From NCBI GenBank assembly GCA_963798485.1, contig CAWCTR010000013.1, positions 1 to 35,866 of the forward strand: a stretch of 35,866 nucleotides of DNA, written 5' to 3'. Below the pieces are notes generated by a model. The model searched no databases. It worked only from the letters and a program-made list of their open reading frames with translations, and was not told the DNA's origin. Below are positions 30,925 to 35,866 of this stretch, one piece after another. Each line of letters opens with the position of its first letter. The first letter of the stretch is position 1. The translations under genes were made by a program, and so were the position numbers. Source of the DNA: an uncultured delta proteobacterium (GTDB lineage: Bacteria > Desulfobacterota > Desulfomonilia > UBA1062).

Positions 30925-30981
30925 GGGAACAATATCTCGGATGACCTGGAGATGATCAAGGGGCTTGGTTTCGAGGTATGA
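30925..30981 (+). pseudogene. bioB: C-terminal remnant of biotin synthase
   Basis: GNNISDDLEMIKGLGFEV* resembles BioB C-termini and ends 3 nt before bioD; no radical SAM body upstream. Confidence 0.6.
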
Positions 30982-30984
30982 AGA

Positions 30985-31707
30985 TTGGCTAGAGGGATAT
31001 TCATTATCGGCACGGATACCGGCGTAGGCAAAACTGTAGTCTCAGCAGGCCTTATGCACTTGTTCCTGTCTAAAAGATACAATGCCTGTTACTTCAAACC
31101 GGTATCGAGCGGCATGGTCGATGGGGGAAACAACACCGGCCCAACGGATGTGTTGTTCGTGAAGGCCGCATCAGGGCTCAGAGAGGAGGAACACACCATC
31201 AACCCGTTCAGCTTCAAGGCGCCCGTGTCCCCCCACCTGGCCTCCCGGATGGAGGGCAGGGCCATTGATGTGAAGGTAATCAAAGAGAGACTGCATGACC
31301 TGAAATGCCGGTATGACTATATCGTTGCTGAAGGGTGCGGCGGCCTTGCCGTGCCGCTTAGCGATAGCGGTTACCTGCTCGGCAATCTCATAGCGGACCT
31401 GGGTTTTGATTGCGCCCTTGTAGCCCGGACCGGCCTGGGAACCATCAACCACACCCTCCTTAGCGTGAACTATGCACAAGGTTTAAACATAAGGATACAA
31501 GGGATCTTCATGAATAATTATACACAGTCATCCCTGGAGGATGACAACTGTGAAACCCTGCGAAGGCTGGCCGGCCTTCCTGTATTCGCAATTGTCCCGG
31601 CTTTGCAAGGTGTGGATGTCGAGAAGCTGATGATAGGCAATCTCAGGGAAGTGTTTGAAAAAACTATTAACATCGAAGAATTCATCAAAGGAATGGGCGA
31701 TCTCTAG
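30985..31707 (+). CDS. bioD: Dethiobiotin synthase
   Basis: GTDTGVGKT, FKPV, SPHLA, EGCGG, GLGTINHT. Confidence 0.96.
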   Translation: MARGIFIIGTDTGVGKTVVSAGLMHLFLSKRYNACYFKPVSSGMVDGGNNTGPTDVLFVKAASGLREEEHTINPFSFKAPVSPHLASRMEGRAIDVKVIKERLHDLKCRYDYIVAEGCGGLAVPLSDSGYLLGNLIADLGFDCALVARTGLGTINHTLLSVNYAQGLNIRIQGIFMNNYTQSSLEDDNCETLRRLAGLPVFAIVPALQGVDVEKLMIGNLREVFEKTINIEEFIKGMGDL

Positions 31708-31746
31708 AATCACGGGAGAATCGACCTGAATTGGCGGGAACTTGAT

Positions 31747-32943
31747 ATGGAGAGAATCGTAAAAAGCCTGGAGACGATCAAGGAAAAGGGATTGTACAGG
31801 GAGCTGAGATATCTGGAGGCCGCCCAAGGCCCGTATAGTGTTATTGACGGCAAGAAAGTCCTTCTGCTCTCTTCAAACAGCTACCTGGGCCTCTGCACCG
31901 ACGAACGCCTGAAACAGGCCGCCATAAGCGCAATCGAAAAGTACGGCGTGGGTTCCGGCGGCTCCCGGCTGACCACCGGCAGCTATGACCTTCACCGGAA
32001 ACTGGAGCGGAAGATCGCACGGTTCAAAGGGACAGAGGCATCGCTGGTATTCAACACCGGGTACATGGCCAATCTGGGGACCATAGCAGCTCTAGCGGAC
32101 AGAGACTGGGTGATCTTTTCCGACAGCCTCAACCATGCCAGCATCATTGACGGCTGCCGGCTGAGCGGCGCGAAAACTTATGTCTACAGGCATGCCGACA
32201 TGGAAGACCTTCAAGCGAAGGTGAAGGAATGTCAGGGTTCGCCGGGGCTGATTGTGACCGACGGCGTATTCAGCATGGACGGGGATATCGCACCGCTTCC
32301 GGAGATCGTCGCCATAGCCGGACGCTATGGGCTCCTTGTCATGGTGGATGACGCCCATGCCACCGGGGTGCTCGGGACGAACGGCAACGGGACGTCGGAC
32401 CATTTCGGCCTGAAAGGTGAAATCGACATCCAGATGGGGACCTTGAGCAAGGCCCTGGCCAGTGAAGGCGGTTATGTGGCAGGAAAGCAGTGCCTGATCG
32501 ATTATCTGAGGAACAAGGCCAGGAGCTTCATCTTTTCAACCGCGCTGGCCCCTCACACGATTGCAATATCATTGAATGCCCTGGATATCGTGATGAATGA
32601 GCCCGGACCAAGGAGAACCCTGATCGCCAACTCCTTATGGTTCCAGGCCAGGCTCATATCATCGGGGTTTCGTGTCATGGAAGGCATAACCCCCATAATA
32701 CCGATAATCATCGGCGAGGCCGGTACGGCTGTTAGGTTCAGCCGCTATCTGATGGATCAAGGCATCTATATCCCGGCCATAAGGCCGCCAAGCGTTCCTG
32801 TGGGCACGAGTCGTTTGCGGGCCACCCTGATGGCCACGCACACCAGGGAAGATCTGGAAGGCGCCTTGCAAAAGATCGAAGAGGCCGGACGGGAACTGGG
32901 CCTGGTGGAGAAACGGGCAACTGAAACCGGCCAGGGTGTATAA
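31747..32943 (+). CDS. bioF: 8-amino-7-oxononanoate synthase
   Basis: SNSYLGL, GSGGSRL, NHASIIDG, DDAH, GTLSKA, IRPPSVP. Confidence 0.96.
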   Translation: MERIVKSLETIKEKGLYRELRYLEAAQGPYSVIDGKKVLLLSSNSYLGLCTDERLKQAAISAIEKYGVGSGGSRLTTGSYDLHRKLERKIARFKGTEASLVFNTGYMANLGTIAALADRDWVIFSDSLNHASIIDGCRLSGAKTYVYRHADMEDLQAKVKECQGSPGLIVTDGVFSMDGDIAPLPEIVAIAGRYGLLVMVDDAHATGVLGTNGNGTSDHFGLKGEIDIQMGTLSKALASEGGYVAGKQCLIDYLRNKARSFIFSTALAPHTIAISLNALDIVMNEPGPRRTLIANSLWFQARLISSGFRVMEGITPIIPIIIGEAGTAVRFSRYLMDQGIYIPAIRPPSVPVGTSRLRATLMATHTREDLEGALQKIEEAGRELGLVEKRATETGQGV

Positions 32944-32955
32944 GGAAACCCATTC

Positions 32956-34305
32956 ATGAACATCTGGCAGAAAAAAGATCTGCAGTATATCTGGCACCCC
33001 TGTTCTCAGATGAAAGACTATGAGGATTTCCCGCCCATAGTGATCGAACGGGGCGAAGGGGCCTACCTCTACGATGTGGACGGCAGGTCCTACCTGGATG
33101 CCGTTTCTTCATGGTGGGTAAACCTGTTCGGGCACAGCAACAAGAGGATCAACCGGGCGATACAAAAACAACTCGAAGACCTTGAGCATGTCATCTTCGT
33201 CGAACTTCTCCCACAAGCCGGCCATCGAGCTCGCAGAGAGGATTGTCCGGATCACGCCCGAAGGCCTGAACAAGGTTTTCTTTGCCGACAACGGCTCCTC
33301 TGCGGTCGAGGTCGCGCTGAAGATGAGCTTCCAGTACCACCAGCAAACGGGCAACACAAACAAGACCAGGTTTGCGGCCATAACGGATGCCTACCACGGG
33401 GAAACGCTGGGCGCCTTATCGGTCGGGGATATCGACCTGTACAGCAGGATATACAGCCCGCTCCTGATGAACACCTTCAAGGCCACCGGGCCCGACTGCT
33501 ATCGCTGCCGTTACGGCAAGACCAGAGATGAGTTGTGATGTCGAATGCTTTACGGATATGGAAAAGATGGTGCTGCAAAACCACCACGAGATCTGTGCTG
33601 TCTTCATCGAGCCGCTCATCCAGTGCGCTGCAGGCATGAAGATGTACCCGGGCGCCTATTTGAAAAGGCTCAAAGAGCTCTGCACGCAGTTCGATATACA
33701 CCTGATCGCCGATGAGATCGCGGTCGGGTTCGGAAGGACCGGGCATATGTTCGCGTGCGGGCATGCGGGCATTAGCCCGGACATCATGTGCCTGTCAAAG
33801 GCCCTTACCGCAGGCTACATGCCCCTGTCCCTCGTGGTTACCACGGATAACATATACCAGGCCTTCTACAGCGACTATATCGAACAGAAGGCCTTCATGC
33901 ACAGCCACAGCTACACGGGCAACCCCATAGCCTGTGCCATTGCCTGTGAATCGCTCGACATATTCAAAGACGACGATGTGCTGGCGAAAAATGATCTTAA
34001 ATCAAAATTTATTGCCGAGATGGTGGGCGGGTTTGCACAAAACCACCCGTATGTCGGCGAGTTTCGCCAAATGGGCATGATCGGCGCCCTGGAACTCGTT
34101 GAAGACAAGCTCTCGCGAAAAGCATTCGCATGGGAGAAACGGGTAGGATACGGCATCTTCAAGATAGCACTGGCTAAAGGCGTGCTGTCTGCGCCCGCTG
34201 GGCAATGTCATCTACTTCATGCCCCCTTATGTCGTGGAGAAAAAGGATATCGAGCTCATGGCCGACGTCGCAATCCAGTCCATTCAGGAATACTTCGTGG
34301 TGTAA
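32956..34305 (+). pseudogene. bioA: DAPA aminotransferase split by three +1 insertions (~33201, ~33533, ~34188)
   Basis: [15 protein letters not shown]; [13 protein letters not shown]; DEIAVGFGRTG, SKALTAGY, HSHSYTGN; LRPLGNVIYFMPP. Removing 3 nt gives one 448-aa frame. Confidence 0.9.
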
Positions 34306-34308
34306 ACA

Positions 34309-34814
34309 TCCCCTCGCCCCTTGGGGGAGAGGGACAGGGTGAGGGGGTGCATGAAAGAAGACTGCATGCTTATTGTCATTAAAATTCCGTAGGGGCATCC
34401 CTCGTGGCAGCCCTTTCTTATCCCCTCTGTGTCATTCCCGCGAAGGCTTCGAATCCAGGAAGCATACCAGTTCTATCCAATCTTTCTGTTCTCAACCCAG
34501 TCATTGCGAGGAGCCGAAGGCGACGCGGCAATCCCATCTTTTATTGTTACTTTCTTTTAGTGCTAAAAGAAAGTAACCAAAGAAAAGGCACCCCGTGACC
34601 CCGCCCTTCGGGTCCGTTCGCTCGTTCGTAAAATTCAGGCAGCGGCCAACTCGCTCCGTTTCACTCCGCTCAGACATGGGCCGCTTTTCCCCTGAATTTT
34701 CCTTCACTCGCTCACCGGGTTCAAGGGGGGAAAAGAAAAACACCTCTCTTTGATGTCATTCCGAGCGACATCAAGGAATACCGAACATGTAGGGGCAGCC
34801 CTTGTGGCTGCCCT
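34309..34814 (+). repeat. Cluster of REP-like palindromes
   Basis: CCCTC hairpin 34309-34347; GTAG REPs 34389-34414 and 34789-34814; GTCATT-type units 34431-34458, 34500-34535, 34755-34779; 15-bp perfect stem 34546-34577 heading a multi-hairpin unit to ~34730. Confidence 0.8.
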
Positions 34815-34820
34815 ATCGTC

Positions 34821-35055
34821 ATGGGGAACAAGTAAATGTGTCTCCTGATTTTCCGGATAATAACCTGATTTTTCACTGGATAATTTCAAGAATATAGCGT
34901 ATTATATTCTTTGTGGAATGGTAACTCACCTCTGATCCCGCAACACATACCACTGTAATGGCAAAATAGTGTGCACTGAATGTCCGAATATGCTGAAGGC
35001 ATGCTACGGATAATTATCGAGGCGTATCAAAAGTGCAGTATAGTTATTGTTAGAT
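34821..35055 (+). repeat. Conserved non-coding module copy B (promoter + attI-like end)
   Basis: TGGATA-17-TATTAT promoter (34877-34905); ends GTTATT-GTTAGAT, which fits GTTRRRY. Confidence 0.8.
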
Positions 35056-35063
35056 GATCAAAT

Positions 35064-35866
35064 ATGAAGACAACCGCCAGACTCACTGAAGGACTTAAAA
35101 TAGGACACTATGCGCTAATAAGGTGCATCGGAAGGGGCGGGAACGGAGAAGTGTGGAGCGCTACCAACGACAAGGATACAAAAGTTGCTATCAAATTCTT
35201 GACAAGAGCGAGCAGAAAAGGCCGTTGCAGATTCTACGATGAAACAGAAGTAGTAAGCAAAAACCTTGATATAGTTGGTATACTGCCGATTTTCGAATAC
35301 TCTTTTACGCCAGAGGATAGAATAGATATTCCCTATTATGTAATGCCCCTGGCTAAACCATTGATTCAAGTTCTCAAGACCAAGAACCCCCAAGAGATCG
35401 TGGAATACATGTGTCAAGTGGCCCATACGTTGGTTCAACTACACAATCGAAGCATTTCGCATCGTGACATAAAACCCGCCAATCTCCTATTCTACAATGA
35501 CCGGGTTTGTCTTAGCGATTTTGGACTCGCGGATTTCCCTGATAAGCAAGACATCACAGCAAAAAACGAGGCTGTAGGTCCCAGATGGACAATGGCTCCG
35601 GAAATGCGTCGAGACCCCAAATCCGCAGACGGGATAAAAGCTGACCCCTATTCATTCGCAAAGACCCTTTGGATTATGTTGACCAACGAGAACAAGGGAT
35701 TTGACGGTCAATATCTTCCTAATACTGTATTAGCTCTGAGAAACTATGTTTCCTTATCGTACTACAAAGGGCTTGATGACTTGCTGATGGACTGTACCAA
35801 CAACAACCCCGACCAGAGGCCCAATGCGCAGGAGATTATTAAGCACTTGTCAGAATGGCTGAAGGT
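35064..35866 (+). CDS. Hanks-type Ser/Thr protein kinase, 3'-truncated by window
   Basis: Not in the ORF track (no stop): IGRGGNGEVW, VAIK, HRDIKPANLL, DFGL, MAPE, ADPYSFAKTLW; open to the end of the window. Confidence 0.92.
   Translation, partial: MKTTARLTEGLKIGHYALIRCIGRGGNGEVWSATNDKDTKVAIKFLTRASRKGRCRFYDETEVVSKNLDIVGILPIFEYSFTPEDRIDIPYYVMPLAKPLIQVLKTKNPQEIVEYMCQVAHTLVQLHNRSISHRDIKPANLLFYNDRVCLSDFGLADFPDKQDITAKNEAVGPRWTMAPEMRRDPKSADGIKADPYSFAKTLWIMLTNENKGFDGQYLPNTVLALRNYVSLSYYKGLDDLLMDCTNNNPDQRPNAQEIIKHLSEWLK

Noticed and set aside
19047-34211. Many antisense or nested ORFs in the GC-rich genes
   Set aside because: Shadows of well-supported genes, expected at this GC content.
34309-34814. 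CRISPR array
   Set aside because: Repeats are heterogeneous and irregularly spaced, and there are no cas genes.
34373-34889. Short ORFs in the REP cluster
   Set aside because: Translations of palindromic repeats without coding evidence.

Overview
Bacterial chromosomal window, probably from an anaerobic deltaproteobacterium (Syntrophales/Desulfomonilia-like; inferred from gene content and repeat types). About 1-17.3 kb is an AT-rich accessory region of surface-glycan modification genes: a TPR membrane protein, an acyltransferase-3, a large GT-C-like membrane protein, and an MBOAT plus a broken SGNH partner. It holds three fully delimited IS elements: IS5 (frameshifted), an IS1595 carrying two passenger genes with an 8-bp TSD, and IS21 with a 6-bp TSD. 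It also holds a umuD relic, a frameshifted RHH regulator, and a sigma54-driven operon of three tiny membrane proteins. About 17.4-26.9 kb is GC-richer core: two radical SAM paralogs around tsaA, then hisS-aspS-LysM lipoprotein-Re-citrate synthase-like(+Cache)-icd. About 27-35.9 kb contains a SPOR membrane protein, a GH13 enzyme, a bioB scar plus bioD-bioF-bioA (bioA triple-frameshifted), a REP-like repeat cluster and a partial Ser/Thr kinase. The most striking unexplained structure is a ~220-bp non-coding module present twice (27137-27361, 34821-35055). Each copy follows a GTAG-REP and carries a promoter. Similarity stops exactly at a GTT core, directly followed by an unrelated gene. This resembles integron Pc-attI platforms with no integrase attached.
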